Notes: generated by a model not told the origin, from the sequence alone. Positions 1-9,890 are shown, numbered from the stretch's first letter. The stretch: 64,000 nt of DNA from Thermodesulfobacteriota bacterium (GCA_965216785.1 OZ244197.1:2240001-2304000), one strand, 5' to 3'. Numbers and translations are program-made.

Positions 1-101
1 TTGATAGATGCCTGGTCGTACTGAAGCCCCGACCCGTCTCCTTCAAGCGACCACTCCATCGACTCCCCGTCCCATATCTCAATCCTTAAATGATTTGCCA
101 T
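1..101 (-). CDS. hypothetical protein, N-terminal fragment running off the window edge
   Basis: ATG at 101 with upstream AGGTG; open frame MANHLRIEIWDGESMEWSLEGDGSGLQYDQASI to position 1. Confidence 0.6.
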   Translation of the reverse strand, partial: MANHLRIEIWDGESMEWSLEGDGSGLQYDQASI

Positions 102-122
102 TCCCTGTATTCACCTTTTATT

Positions 123-154
123 CCCCCTTTTTCAAAGGGGGGGTAGGGGGGATT
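123..154. repeat. REP-like palindromic element (CCCCCTTT..AAAGGGGG..AGGGGGGATT)
   Basis: Hairpin CCCCCTTT/AAAGGGGG; near-identical copy at about 49590-49621. Confidence 0.7.
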
Positions 155-176
155 ATTATAAATCCTGTACTTTAAG

Positions 177-515
177 TTACTTAACCTTTATAGCCTTCTC
201 CACGACCTTGCGAAGGTTCTCGTAATCTATTTCGTCCTTATCCCTGAAATTAAGGCATCCCTTCCCGTGTTTGGTTTTCGGGTGTTTCTCTAAATAAGGC
301 TCGATAAGCTCAAGCGAGCAGGTATATACCGACACGTAATCCTTGCGGTTGGCGATCGATACCCAATTCTCTCCGATCTCAAACGTTGGCATCTTATACT
401 TCATATTTAGCTTAGTTTCCGGAAGCCACGCTCTTATCCTGTAAAGGAGCTCAGTAAATCTCTCTTTTCTTTCCCAGGGCACCTCAGATAAATACTCTTC
501 CAAACTCTGTCCCAT
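177..515 (-). CDS. DUF1801 / YdhG-like protein
   Basis: M(K)YKMPTF, SIANRKDYVSVY and GKGCLNF motifs typical of DUF1801. Confidence 0.8.
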   Translation of the reverse strand: MGQSLEEYLSEVPWERKERFTELLYRIRAWLPETKLNMKYKMPTFEIGENWVSIANRKDYVSVYTCSLELIEPYLEKHPKTKHGKGCLNFRDKDEIDYENLRKVVEKAIKVK

Positions 516-700
516 AACCTAATTATAACGCATAGCCAACAAACCCATTAGAATTTAAATGAGGTAACACCCGCCTACCTTTATGCTGCCGGGAAGAGCT
601 TGTCCCCGGCAATTGCCCTGAATGTGTAGTGCTTTTTTAGGCACAAAGAAAAAAGCCGTGCGAATACAAAAACTTTGATACTGCTGTAAAGTGCTTCGTA

Positions 701-1396
701 TCAGTCCGGGGAATCCTGTTTGGTAATTACCATAAGCTTGTTTCCACCGCGCTGCATCTCATATTGGACTTGTTTTATTTCCACGTTGTAGCCGTCGCCT
801 CGAAGCTCCTCCGCTAACTGCTTTATATGAGCTGAGGGGTTGAGCATGAGGTCCAGGAGCGGGAATATCCGTACTTCCCCTGCGATTCGCAGCATCTCGT
901 AGACCGAACTTTTGTGGAATTCGTAATCGTAGTGTTTTGAGTACAGGAAAAGGAAGTGTGAGCACAAGGCAATGTCAAAGGCGGAGTCTTTAAAATCGAG
1001 TAAAGGAAGCTTGCCCAATAAGTACCTGCCTTCTGCTTTCCCCTGCTCATAATCTTTGAGGAATTTAATAATTGCCTGCTTACGGTGGAGCTTTAAGTGC
1101 TCGGGGGAAGTGTGATAAGCCCAGATCCAGTCGCTTGGGGAAGACGCCACCTGCTCTATAACCTGATCGATCACTTCATAAAACTGCTTTTCGATTTCCT
1201 CACCCGAGAATTCATAAAGTGGGTCGACCGACGTCACTTTATTTCCAAGCTCCTTCATCTCGGCGTTAAAGCTCGCGGGTCCGTCGCCTATGCCTATTAT
1301 TTTTTTATCCAAATCCTTCTCGGTAAGCCCGAACATGAGCCAGTACTCCTCGAGCGATCTTCCTAGAGGGGTTACCTTCTCTAACTTCATTACCAT
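701..1396 (-). CDS. class I SAM-dependent methyltransferase
   Basis: GRSLEEY, GDGPASF, VDPLY, FDIALCSHFLFLYS and EVRIFP motifs. Confidence 0.8.
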   Translation of the reverse strand: MVMKLEKVTPLGRSLEEYWLMFGLTEKDLDKKIIGIGDGPASFNAEMKELGNKVTSVDPLYEFSGEEIEKQFYEVIDQVIEQVASSPSDWIWAYHTSPEHLKLHRKQAIIKFLKDYEQGKAEGRYLLGKLPLLDFKDSAFDIALCSHFLFLYSKHYDYEFHKSSVYEMLRIAGEVRIFPLLDLMLNPSAHIKQLAEELRGDGYNVEIKQVQYEMQRGGNKLMVITKQDSPD

Positions 1397-1401
1397 CTAT
1401 G

Positions 1402-1779
1402 CTAAACCTCCCACTTAAATTCACAGCTCTTCCCGGATACAAACAAATACTTCCCGAAATCAGGAAGAAAAAAATAATGCCTGAACGCTTCTTCGTCGCG
1501 CGCTCCGGGGACGCTGACATCTTCTTTCAATGATTCAATTGTACCAGAGTCTGAAATTCTTATCCCCTTTTCCATAGTGCTAAGTATGTCCGTCTCCGAG
1601 TCGTCCAGTATGAAATAAACCAGGTCAAGTACGGTGAGTACGCCCTTTTTAATCTCACTGCCGGTGTCTATATCCAGATATAACTTAAGCTCATAGGATC
1701 TGTTCTTTACAGTTATCATTCTGAGCACCGAGCCCCGAAAACCGTTTGGCAGTTTGTCTTGAACCTCTTGGATGTTCAT
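1402..1779 (-). CDS. hypothetical protein
   Basis: ORF in operon-like run; start moved to MNIQE to avoid overlap; LPNGF motif. Confidence 0.6.
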   Translation of the reverse strand: MNIQEVQDKLPNGFRGSVLRMITVKNRSYELKLYLDIDTGSEIKKGVLTVLDLVYFILDDSETDILSTMEKGIRISDSGTIESLKEDVSVPGARDEEAFRHYFFLPDFGKYLFVSGKSCEFKWEV

Positions 1780-1783
1780 ATAC

Positions 1784-2512
1784 TTAAGCGCCAAGCTTGC
1801 GCGCCAGGTCGTTAAAATCCCGGGCCATTATATCAAAGCGCATATCCTCTTCTTCATCCTCAGCTATACCGCCCTGTCCGAACTCTAGCGGTCTCGATAC
1901 ATAGGCGGTACCGAACCCCAGCTCGCCCGCGGCCTCCAGATCATCAGTATGGGCGGCGACCATCATCATCTGCTCCGGACTCAGTCCCAGCAGCCCGGCA
2001 GCGGTCAGATAAACTTCTTTGTCGGGCTTATAGTGCCCGGCAAGCTCTGAAGACAGCACGCAGTCCCAGGTAAGCCCGCCGTATTTTGACAAGTCCACCA
2101 GCAGTGACAAGTTGCCGTTTGATAGAGTCGCGACAGTGTAGCATGAGCGTATTCTCTCAAGTCCCTGTACAGAGTCGGGCCAGGGGGTAAGCCTGTGCCA
2201 TGCGTAATTAAGGTGCTCTATCTCGTCCTCATTTAAGTCCGTAAAATTATATTCCTCAAGAAGCTGCTCAAGCACCATTCTGTGGAGCGTATCGATATCG
2301 GTCCAAGGGAGCTCTCCCTTCCTGACCATATCCATTGCGGGCGCGTAACCTGCGCGCCATTTGTCCGCAAACCCGGCCCAATCGATCACGGTCCCCTTTG
2401 ATATGCCGAATTCCCTTAATTCACGGATTATCGAAGAGCGCCAGTCGACCACCGTGCCGAACACGTCGAACGTAAGCGCTTTAATTTCAGATATGTCTAC
2501 TGGACTGCCCAT
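1784..2512 (-). CDS. haloacid dehalogenase, type II
   Basis: FDVFGTVVDW, LSNGN, YKPD and MMVAAH..DL motifs. Confidence 0.9.
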   Translation of the reverse strand: MGSPVDISEIKALTFDVFGTVVDWRSSIIRELREFGISKGTVIDWAGFADKWRAGYAPAMDMVRKGELPWTDIDTLHRMVLEQLLEEYNFTDLNEDEIEHLNYAWHRLTPWPDSVQGLERIRSCYTVATLSNGNLSLLVDLSKYGGLTWDCVLSSELAGHYKPDKEVYLTAAGLLGLSPEQMMMVAAHTDDLEAAGELGFGTAYVSRPLEFGQGGIAEDEEEDMRFDIMARDFNDLARKLGA

Positions 2513-2536
2513 TATAGTTTAGGTGTTAGGAAAATT

Positions 2537-2962
2537 TTAAGAACCCCGCTCCGCTTTTTTCATCGCATTTGCTATAAACCTATCGGCGTCAACTATAAAC
2601 CTCTCATGCGTACCGGTTGAGATTGTGTCCACCCCGTCGTCCGATTCTATTTGAAAGCTGAGCCGCCTTCCCTCCACCTCGATAAGCTCACCCCTAACTT
2701 TAACGGTTAGCCCAGGGGGCGTTGCCGCTGTGTGGTTTAGGTTTACCGCCGTACCGACCGACATTTGTCTTGGGAAATCAATGTGCTCGTTTATAAACCT
2801 TACGCACGCCCACTCAAACAGCGCGATCATAAAACCGGTGGAGAAGACCTTGGGCATAATGCTCATCTCCTCGGATTCAGGGTATATGTAAGGTACGGTT
2901 TTTGATTCGGGCACCGTGTAGTCAAACTCAAACTTAAGCCCGGGCTTAAGGGTCTCGTACAT
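2537..2962 (-). CDS. fluoroacetyl-CoA thioesterase (FlK)-like hotdog thioesterase
   Basis: VFSTGFMIALFE, SVGT..NLNHTAATPPG and GTHERFIV motifs. Confidence 0.85.
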   Translation of the reverse strand: MYETLKPGLKFEFDYTVPESKTVPYIYPESEEMSIMPKVFSTGFMIALFEWACVRFINEHIDFPRQMSVGTAVNLNHTAATPPGLTVKVRGELIEVEGRRLSFQIESDDGVDTISTGTHERFIVDADRFIANAMKKAERGS

Positions 2963-3039
2963 TTGTGTTCCTCCCGCTAACTTGAGAAACTAATATATCA
3001 GATTATACCCTTACGGCAATCGGGCCCGGTTGTTAATAG

Positions 3040-4095
3040 CTAGGTATATGCGTCTTCAATGCATGCGTCAAATTTCATCCGCAGCTCTCCCGCGTCCATA
3101 GCCCCGGGCTCGCCGATGGCGACTATTTGAGTCCTGGGCTCCCGATCTCCCCATTCGCCAAGCTCCGTAATCTCGGTACGTCGCCCCACTATCTGCAGCG
3201 AAAAACGTTTGTCAGGGGCATCGGCCGTGAATACGATGCCCTTACAGCGGTAAACGCTCGCCGGGAGCTCTCTGCGAACCATTTGGCGAAGAGCCTCAAG
3301 TGAAAACGCTCTATCGGACTCGTAGCTCCAGCTATCGAACATCCCTTTTGCGGATTCATGGCTGTGAGAGCGCTCTTTGTCTTTAATCCCGGTGTTGTTG
3401 CTCTCAAAGTATATGTTCGCGGGCTCAAAACGCCCTACCGCGAGCAGTATCTCAAGCGGCACGTCGCAGCGGACCGACTGAACGATCCGCACCCTTTTCA
3501 GATAGTGATCGATCCACTCCTTTATTACCTCTATGTGCTCAGTACCAACAAGATCAACCTTATTAAGAACAACCATATCGGCAAATCCAATCTGCCGGAT
3601 CTTTAAAGAGTTCAGCTCCTCGTTGTCACCGTGTGTAAATACGGCTTCGGCGTCTACAATACAGGTAATACTGTCCAATCGAAGCAGCTTTTCATATTTT
3701 TGATCTAGGAAAGTCATAACGATACTCTCCGGATCCGATACTCCGCTGGCCTCTAGAATTACGTAATCGATTACGTCTTCACGAGTAAGGAGCTGTTCAA
3801 GGGATTTAACTAGATCGCTGCGGATCTCGCAGCAAACGCAGCCGTTTGAGAGGTTTATAGTGTTCTCCTCCACTCCCTCCACAAGCTCTGCGTCAATGTT
3901 GACTGCTCCGAAATCATTAACCAGCACCCCGATCCGAAGTCCGTGGTTTCCGTTCAATATACGGTTAAGCAGAGTTGTTTTTCCGGCGCCGAGAAACCCT
4001 GTCAAAAGCGTGACCGGGATCGGGTTGCGTCCCTCTATGACAATGGGCTCGGTACTTGCGGCAGGCGCTAGTATCTGCTCAGGATTGTTACTCAT
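3040..4095 (-). CDS. CobW/COG0523 family metallochaperone GTPase
   Basis: TGFLGAGKTT, NDFG, GCVCC, EASG and NKVD motifs; C-terminal YRCKG; short His patch HSHES. Confidence 0.9.
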   Translation of the reverse strand: MSNNPEQILAPAASTEPIVIEGRNPIPVTLLTGFLGAGKTTLLNRILNGNHGLRIGVLVNDFGAVNIDAELVEGVEENTINLSNGCVCCEIRSDLVKSLEQLLTREDVIDYVILEASGVSDPESIVMTFLDQKYEKLLRLDSITCIVDAEAVFTHGDNEELNSLKIRQIGFADMVVLNKVDLVGTEHIEVIKEWIDHYLKRVRIVQSVRCDVPLEILLAVGRFEPANIYFESNNTGIKDKERSHSHESAKGMFDSWSYESDRAFSLEALRQMVRRELPASVYRCKGIVFTADAPDKRFSLQIVGRRTEITELGEWGDREPRTQIVAIGEPGAMDAGELRMKFDACIEDAYT

Positions 4096-4167
4096 TATTT
4101 CCTCGTTTTTTCTACGCGGCGAGCTGCCCATTTGAGCAGCAGCGCGCCATCGCAGTTGTTCTTGTTG

Positions 4168-5622
4168 TTAGTCCTTGACCTTAATGCCGCGCGCCGCTAA
4201 CATCTCACGTGGATTCAGAGTGATGCCGGGCCATTTTTGAACGGGCTTTCGGTACTCTCCGGGCGGGTAATACTTGTGGGGATCAATCTCCAGATCGCGC
4301 ACAAACTGTTCCTGCTGTTTCTCGCGTGGCAGCCTCGGTGTGGGCAGCTTCATTTCCTCTGGTAGTTTCTCGCCGGGTTTCAGTAACCATCTGGGGTCCA
4401 TTGCGGGCGGTGCGGCTCCTTCGGGCATGAGAGCTTCTCTTGCCCAGATAGCATCCTTTGAAACATTGAGAACCTGGACATCCGGTCCGCCAAACATAAA
4501 CAGACCGTCCCAGTTTGCACGGACTTCGGCCACCGATTCTGCGGCCAGACCGGAGCCCGACCACTCGTAGTGGCAAATGCAGCCGATGCGGGGCTGAGCC
4601 TGCTTAAACAAGTAGCCTGCCGCATAGTACATAGTATGGAAAATGTCGATAGTATATTCCCAGAGCTCAGCCGGTGCGCCCACTTTGATGGCTGATAAGG
4701 CGGGTGTATCAATTGTTCCCTCAGAGACAAAGACGTCCGCTCCTTTCCCGTATTTGGCGGACAGCTCGTCCGGGCGTCCGTCCCCGGTCCATACGAAGGA
4801 AAGTCCCGCGTCCTCCCAGTCAAGCCGGTACGCCGAAGCACCGTCCTTTACGTGCGAGCGCGGCCAGTGCCGTACCACTACTCCGTCTTTATTGTAGCAA
4901 ACGCCGTTTTCCTCTTTCCAATCAAACTCGGTAACATCGATCTCCATACCGTCCCCAACAGGCAAACAGTTGAAGTTCTCTTCGTGCCATCGGTTCATCT
5001 CGCGCATATGCTTTATCATGTGCTTGGTCCCAAGCTCCGGGGTTCTGCCCGATGGTCCGTATACCCTAAGCGGGGTAAAGCCACCTGAAAAAGCGCGGAA
5101 TGGGTACATGTATGGAAGGTCGGCAAAATGGTCTGAGTGAAGATGGCTCAGAAATATATCGTTTATAAGCGGCGCCGGTACCTGAAGCGCTATGGCATTC
5201 TTGATACTTCCATTACCCATATCGAAGAAGAAACGACGAGGCTGCAGTGTTCCGTTGCCTAGCTCTACCAACATGGATGTGCCCGACTGTAATGTCGTCG
5301 GAGGCCAGGGAGTGCTGCCGAGGAAAGAAATTCGCATTTCATTTTTCGGTAGTATTTCAGAGCCGGGGATGTAAAAGTTGTTATTACTAATTGCGGCCCA
5401 GGGTTTGTAGTACTCCGGAAGGCTGACTCCGCCGCCGGGGCGGGGTCCGTAGGGGTTGGTCAGCTGACATTCAGACTCTTGCGCCGCCGAAACGTCCGGG
5501 ATGGACATTGAAGCTGCCGCGGCCCCAGCGGCCACTACCGTGCTTTTCTTGAGAAAATCGCGTCTACTCTGCTCAGGGCTTGGACTTTCACTCTTAACGT
5601 TGGGTTTATCTTTCTTCTCCAT
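4168..5622 (-). CDS. Tat-exported MBL-fold (RNase Z / arylsulfatase-like) metallohydrolase
   Basis: SRRDFLK twin-arginine signal; HLHSDH metal motif; WTGD; SD AGGAGG. Confidence 0.8.
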   Translation of the reverse strand: MEKKDKPNVKSESPSPEQSRRDFLKKSTVVAAGAAAASMSIPDVSAAQESECQLTNPYGPRPGGGVSLPEYYKPWAAISNNNFYIPGSEILPKNEMRISFLGSTPWPPTTLQSGTSMLVELGNGTLQPRRFFFDMGNGSIKNAIALQVPAPLINDIFLSHLHSDHFADLPYMYPFRAFSGGFTPLRVYGPSGRTPELGTKHMIKHMREMNRWHEENFNCLPVGDGMEIDVTEFDWKEENGVCYNKDGVVVRHWPRSHVKDGASAYRLDWEDAGLSFVWTGDGRPDELSAKYGKGADVFVSEGTIDTPALSAIKVGAPAELWEYTIDIFHTMYYAAGYLFKQAQPRIGCICHYEWSGSGLAAESVAEVRANWDGLFMFGGPDVQVLNVSKDAIWAREALMPEGAAPPAMDPRWLLKPGEKLPEEMKLPTPRLPREKQQEQFVRDLEIDPHKYYPPGEYRKPVQKWPGITLNPREMLAARGIKVKD

Positions 5623-5797
5623 CAATAGCCTCCTTTATAACAATGATAATTTACTAATATGTTACCTGAGAAACATTACGGCGATGCCGGATTGCTTGTT
5701 TCTGAACGTAACCGAAAATAATCAGAGAGTAAATTAGGTGCGAGCAAAGAGAGTGAATGTTCTCTTTACACTAAGTATACTATTTCACTGTTTCACT

Positions 5798-6529
5798 ATG
5801 AATAGATTAATCGCACTTGTAGCGGCAGCTATTTTTATCTCCCTCGTAACGTTCCTGTTTTTCGAGCTCGGCTACGTGCGTTTTAACTATCCGAGCGATA
5901 AGACCTATCCTATCCGCGGTATAGACATATCCCATCACCAGGACGTTATAGACTGGGACGTGCTCACGCGCTCAAACATAGACTTCGCGTTCATTAAGGC
6001 TACAGAGGGCGGGGACCATAAGGACACTAAGTTCGCCGAGAACTGGAGGAGGGCAGGGGACATAGGAATAGTAAGGGGCGCCTACCACTTCTTTACATTC
6101 TGTAAGACCGGGCGCGAGCAGGCGCTTAATTTCATGGAGACTGTCCCTGTGGAAGAGCATATGCTCCCCCCCGCGATTGATCTGGAATTCTCGGGTAACT
6201 GCAGCGCCAGGCCCACAAAAGAGGAGCTCCACAAAGAACTCTCGGATTTTACCGAGCTGGTACAGGAAAAGTACGACCGCCGGCCCGTTCTTTATATAAC
6301 CAACGAGTCCTACAGGGCTTTTGTCGAAGGCGAGGATCTTCCTTACTTTATCTGGATCAGGGATATACGCAGTAAACCCAGGCTCGCCCCCGGGCACGAA
6401 TGGACCTTCTGGCAGTTCACCCATCGGGGCCGCCTCCACGGCATCGACGGCTTCGTCGACCTAAACGTATTTAACGGCACCCGCGAGTACTTCAAGGAAG
6501 TCACACTCCCCCTTAGCTTTGGGTACTGA
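5798..6529 (+). CDS. GH25 family lysozyme/muramidase
   Basis: GIDISHHQ, FIKATEG, GAYHFF, DLE, FWQF and VDLN motifs; N-terminal membrane anchor. Confidence 0.9.
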   Translation: MNRLIALVAAAIFISLVTFLFFELGYVRFNYPSDKTYPIRGIDISHHQDVIDWDVLTRSNIDFAFIKATEGGDHKDTKFAENWRRAGDIGIVRGAYHFFTFCKTGREQALNFMETVPVEEHMLPPAIDLEFSGNCSARPTKEELHKELSDFTELVQEKYDRRPVLYITNESYRAFVEGEDLPYFIWIRDIRSKPRLAPGHEWTFWQFTHRGRLHGIDGFVDLNVFNGTREYFKEVTLPLSFGY

Positions 6530-6566
6530 TTTTAGTGGTTTGGATGTAACTAGAGATGTGGATTAA

Positions 6567-7169
6567 TTAAAGGCTTTTCCCGCTTATCCTGTCTTTATAC
6601 TTAAGTATCTCAGAGGACTCGCTTGAGAGCTTTGTGATCCTCTTTAGCTTGCCGGACCTCAGCATAATCTTTGACAGGTAGTAATCGATCACGGGCTCGC
6701 CGTCCTCGGGCTTCTTCTCAAAGGCTACGGTGCAGATAAGCTCTTTCCCGTCTTCTTTCACCGAGCGCAGCTGTATGATCGAGGCCTTCTCGTAAGGAGA
6801 CTTAATATCCACGTCTTCCGTTGTGAATATTTCCAAGGCTTCCCCGGTATCCGTGTCGATCATATCTATAGAATGCCAGTCGTAACCCGTGTATTTATTC
6901 CCTTTCTTACGGACCTTGAATACGTTTACGAATATCTTAGAGTGCTCCGTAGAGAACACGACGTCTTCAAACGTCAGGTTCTCCGTCTCCGGAGTTATCC
7001 TTCTGTATGTGTCGTCCTCAAAGTGTCTCGCGTAAAGGCTCTTTACTCCATAGCCGTCCCCCAGGCCCTTGTAGAAATGCGCCAGGAACTGATCGCCCTC
7101 GGGCTCCATATAGAGCTCCAGAAAACGGTTTTCTTCTGAAATGCCGATATTCCCCCACTGATTAGTCAT
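6567..7169 (-). CDS. hypothetical protein (beta-rich)
   Basis: 200-aa ORF with GGAG SD; no recognisable motif. Confidence 0.6.
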   Translation of the reverse strand: MTNQWGNIGISEENRFLELYMEPEGDQFLAHFYKGLGDGYGVKSLYARHFEDDTYRRITPETENLTFEDVVFSTEHSKIFVNVFKVRKKGNKYTGYDWHSIDMIDTDTGEALEIFTTEDVDIKSPYEKASIIQLRSVKEDGKELICTVAFEKKPEDGEPVIDYYLSKIMLRSGKLKRITKLSSESSEILKYKDRISGKSL

Positions 7170-7781
7170 AGCTTCTCCGACCTTCTTCTTAAGTTTCGAC
7201 CGCAGTTAACAGACCCATTCAGCTACAGCAGCCGTGAAAAAAATAAGCAAAAAATGTTAATGTATTGACCCGTTTCTAATTATAATACAACTCCACCCCG
7301 TTTGTGAAGAGGTTATGAAAATTTCTTTGTGTAGTTCCTTATATCGTTTGTTCAAGAAGGGTGCGGTTTTAGAATTTTTTGTTTTTATCTTCCGACATAC
7401 ATAAATAGCGTTAAGAAAATGCGGGCAGTGCCCGCAGACATAATGTTTCTACATTCCTAATAAGGTTCATGAGGACTTTATCTGCTTACCCTAACTCATA
7501 AGCCATGTAGAAACCGAATGAATGGACACTATGTGTCCGCGTTAAAAACCTTATACGTGGTGTGGGCGGAATTATAAGGATCATACAACTACATTCATTT
7601 TTAGCCTCATTTATGTGAAGGCGGTGATTTTTGTAATCTTTTAGTAATCCACACTTCGTGTGTGATCATGCAAAAGAAGAGAATATTTGCAGTATACAAT
7701 CCTTGTCTAACCTAGATTTGAGTGTCGGTTGAAAAATCATCCATTTATCCTGTATCATGAAACAATTGGAGGCGCACTCAA

Positions 7782-8528
7782 ATGGCATACCAAAGCATAG
7801 AAGGCAAAACAGCTCTCATCACCGGCGGCTCAGAGGGTATAGGCTTCGGGATAGCGGAGACTTTTGTCGAGGCTGGAGGGCGTGTAATCATCACCGGGAG
7901 AGACCGGGGGAAGCTCGACTCGGCTAAAGAAAAGCTCGGTGGGAACCTACGGGCAATAGCGCACGACGTCAGAGATACTCAAAGCACTCCAGATCTCATA
8001 AAACAAGTCCTCAAGCGCGACGGCTCGCTCGATATTCTTGTAAACAACGCCGGCACGGGTCTCTATAAGCCCGTCTCCGAGACAACGCTTCAGGAATTCG
8101 ATCTGACGTTCGAGACGAACGTCAGGGGGCTCTTCGCTCTCACGACTTGTGCTATACCAGAGCTGAGGAAGACCCGGGGCTGTGTAATAAATATCTGCTC
8201 GGCAAGCGCCAGGAGGGGGCTTCATACATGGAGCGTATACTCGGCCTCAAAGTCCGCTGTGCTCATGCTCACCGAGCTTTGGGCAAAGGAGCTCTCGCCG
8301 GACGTGCGTGTAAACGCGCTCAGCCCGGGCGGTGTGGACACGGCTATTTTCGATAAGGCTTTCGGAGAAAAGAAGGACGAGGTAATGGAGCGGGTACACG
8401 CTCAGCACCTTATGGGAAAAGCCGGCACGCCAAACGATATAGGAAGGGCTGCCCTCTATCTCGCGACTGAAGATTGGGTTACCGGTACCAATATGATAAT
8501 AGACGGCGGTTTATCCCACAGGATATAG
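7782..8528 (+). CDS. SDR family oxidoreductase
   Basis: TGGSEGIG, NNAG, YSASK, RVN and DGG motifs; GGAGG SD. Confidence 0.92.
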   Translation: MAYQSIEGKTALITGGSEGIGFGIAETFVEAGGRVIITGRDRGKLDSAKEKLGGNLRAIAHDVRDTQSTPDLIKQVLKRDGSLDILVNNAGTGLYKPVSETTLQEFDLTFETNVRGLFALTTCAIPELRKTRGCVINICSASARRGLHTWSVYSASKSAVLMLTELWAKELSPDVRVNALSPGGVDTAIFDKAFGEKKDEVMERVHAQHLMGKAGTPNDIGRAALYLATEDWVTGTNMIIDGGLSHRI

Positions 8529-8671
8529 CAAAATCAAAACCATATAACACGGATTACACTACGACAATAGCTAGCGGTTTGAAAACCTCTGCTGTCAAAT
8601 GTGATTTACTGCTTGTGATTCCCCAAAAACCCAAAACCTAAAATTTTTATTAAATAAAATATTATTCCACA

Positions 8672-8750
8672 GAGCCCCGCGAATACATAACCCATGCCAA
8701 GAGGATTGCGTATCCGGTTGACGGGGCTCAGGTTGTAACAACCGGTTCAG
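8672..8750 (-). ncRNA. candidate structured ncRNA
   Basis: Long hairpin with G-U pairs on the minus strand; extended -10 TGATATACT at 8764-8756 directly upstream; no ORF. Confidence 0.35.
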
Positions 8751-9086
8751 CAATGAGTATATCAAACTTTTTTATTTTTTGCACGTTTTTTGTGAAATTA
8801 TTGAAAAAAAAGCAATCTCCTGAGTAATATCTGACGCTTAGATACCAATATCTAATGAATGCCCTGTCTGATCACACTCTCTGATTCCAGTGTTATTATA
8901 GGTGTTTAAGATTATAAGTTAATCTAAACATTGAGATTATTCTAAAGATGAAAAAACCTTAGATATAGATAGGTTATGAATGGGAATTTTTTTAGGAATT
9001 TGCGGGAAATTTTTACATGAAGAATAAAAGTTTTGCGAATTCTACCTATTAAGGGTTAATTTAAAGGCAGTATTTTGGACTGATCC

Positions 9087-9509
9087 TCAGTTCAGAACCG
9101 GGGTTGCTCCCAGCACCTGAAGCTCGATTGCGTTCATGAACGTAGATCCCGCTCCAATGGTTACTCCGGACTTTAGATAGGTCTTCTTACTCTTTGGCGG
9201 TAGAGTCACGGGCAGCACTCCGACCTCCTGGCTTACAATATTGCCAGCCCCGCCTGTGGACATGGAGGAATAACACACCCTGACCTTCACGTCTTTATAC
9301 TCCACGTCGCTCGTATTCTCGATAGTCACGCTGTGAATGATGGCAACGGCGCTCCACGTGGCGTATACAGACCAGTCAGTGACCTTTATATACCATTGTG
9401 GGTGGGTAGTCATGGAATCCGGGATATAAAGCTTCTCGGCGCTTGCCCCGAGTGTAGATACAACCAGAGCGATAAAAACTAGGGTCCCGGTCAGAGCAGT
9501 TCTATTCAT
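9087..9509 (-). CDS. secreted hypothetical protein (Ig-like, FxLYD-like)
   Basis: Signal peptide ending ASA; VTIENTSDVEYKDVKV pattern. Confidence 0.65.
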   Translation of the reverse strand: MNRTALTGTLVFIALVVSTLGASAEKLYIPDSMTTHPQWYIKVTDWSVYATWSAVAIIHSVTIENTSDVEYKDVKVRVCYSSMSTGGAGNIVSQEVGVLPVTLPPKSKKTYLKSGVTIGAGSTFMNAIELQVLGATPVLN

Positions 9510-9626
9510 ATCATTAGTATATGGGGCCGAGTCTTTATTGGCAATTTTTTATTCTGTTTTAATAATATGCTCGCAATCAGGTAACATTAATCACACTTAA
9601 TCATTTATATATTCAGGAGAGTCGCT

Positions 9627-9890
9627 ATGACAGACACAACAGAAACAACTGACAGAGAAAAAGAGTGGGAGCTCCTCGGGATGGCAATCGAAGACCTCGA
9701 GACCATGGTGAAGAAAAAAGCCGAGCACAGAGGAGTGCCTGTATCAGACGTGCTCATCGACATGCTCGAGTTCGCTCAGACCCAGCTCGATGAGAAGTAC
9801 ACCAACGTCCACCACATATTTAACCGTGTGATCTACGTCCTGCAGAGCGGTATGGTTGTCGACAACCCCAAGCTCAGGGACAAGGACTGA
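9627..9890 (+). CDS. hypothetical protein
   Basis: AGGAG SD; 87-aa helical ORF. Confidence 0.7.
   Translation: MTDTTETTDREKEWELLGMAIEDLETMVKKKAEHRGVPVSDVLIDMLEFAQTQLDEKYTNVHHIFNRVIYVLQSGMVVDNPKLRDKD

Noticed and set aside
5659-5677. Possible Zur box upstream of the MBL hydrolase / CobW pair (ATGTT-N8-AACAT)
   Set aside because: The spacer is one base longer than the Zur consensus and the central bases do not match
5798-6529. GH25 lysozyme as a prophage lysis gene
   Set aside because: No holin, structural or integrase genes nearby; it is a membrane-anchored cellular type
7421-7514. Cobalamin riboswitch-like ACTGCCCGCA and Cas12a-repeat-like TTTCTAC/GTAGA
   Set aside because: The other riboswitch elements are absent; it is a single occurrence with no spacers or cas genes
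7489-7547. Integron attC-like site (CCCTAAC...GTTAAAA)
   Set aside because: The cores deviate from RYYYAAC/GTTRRRY, there are no convincing L boxes, and there is no integrase or cassette array
8685-8700. Shared motif ACATnnCCCATGCCAA at 8685 and 55757, resembling a sigma54 promoter on the minus strand
   Set aside because: The -12 position is GT rather than GC, and a 14/16 match is expected by chance in 64 kb
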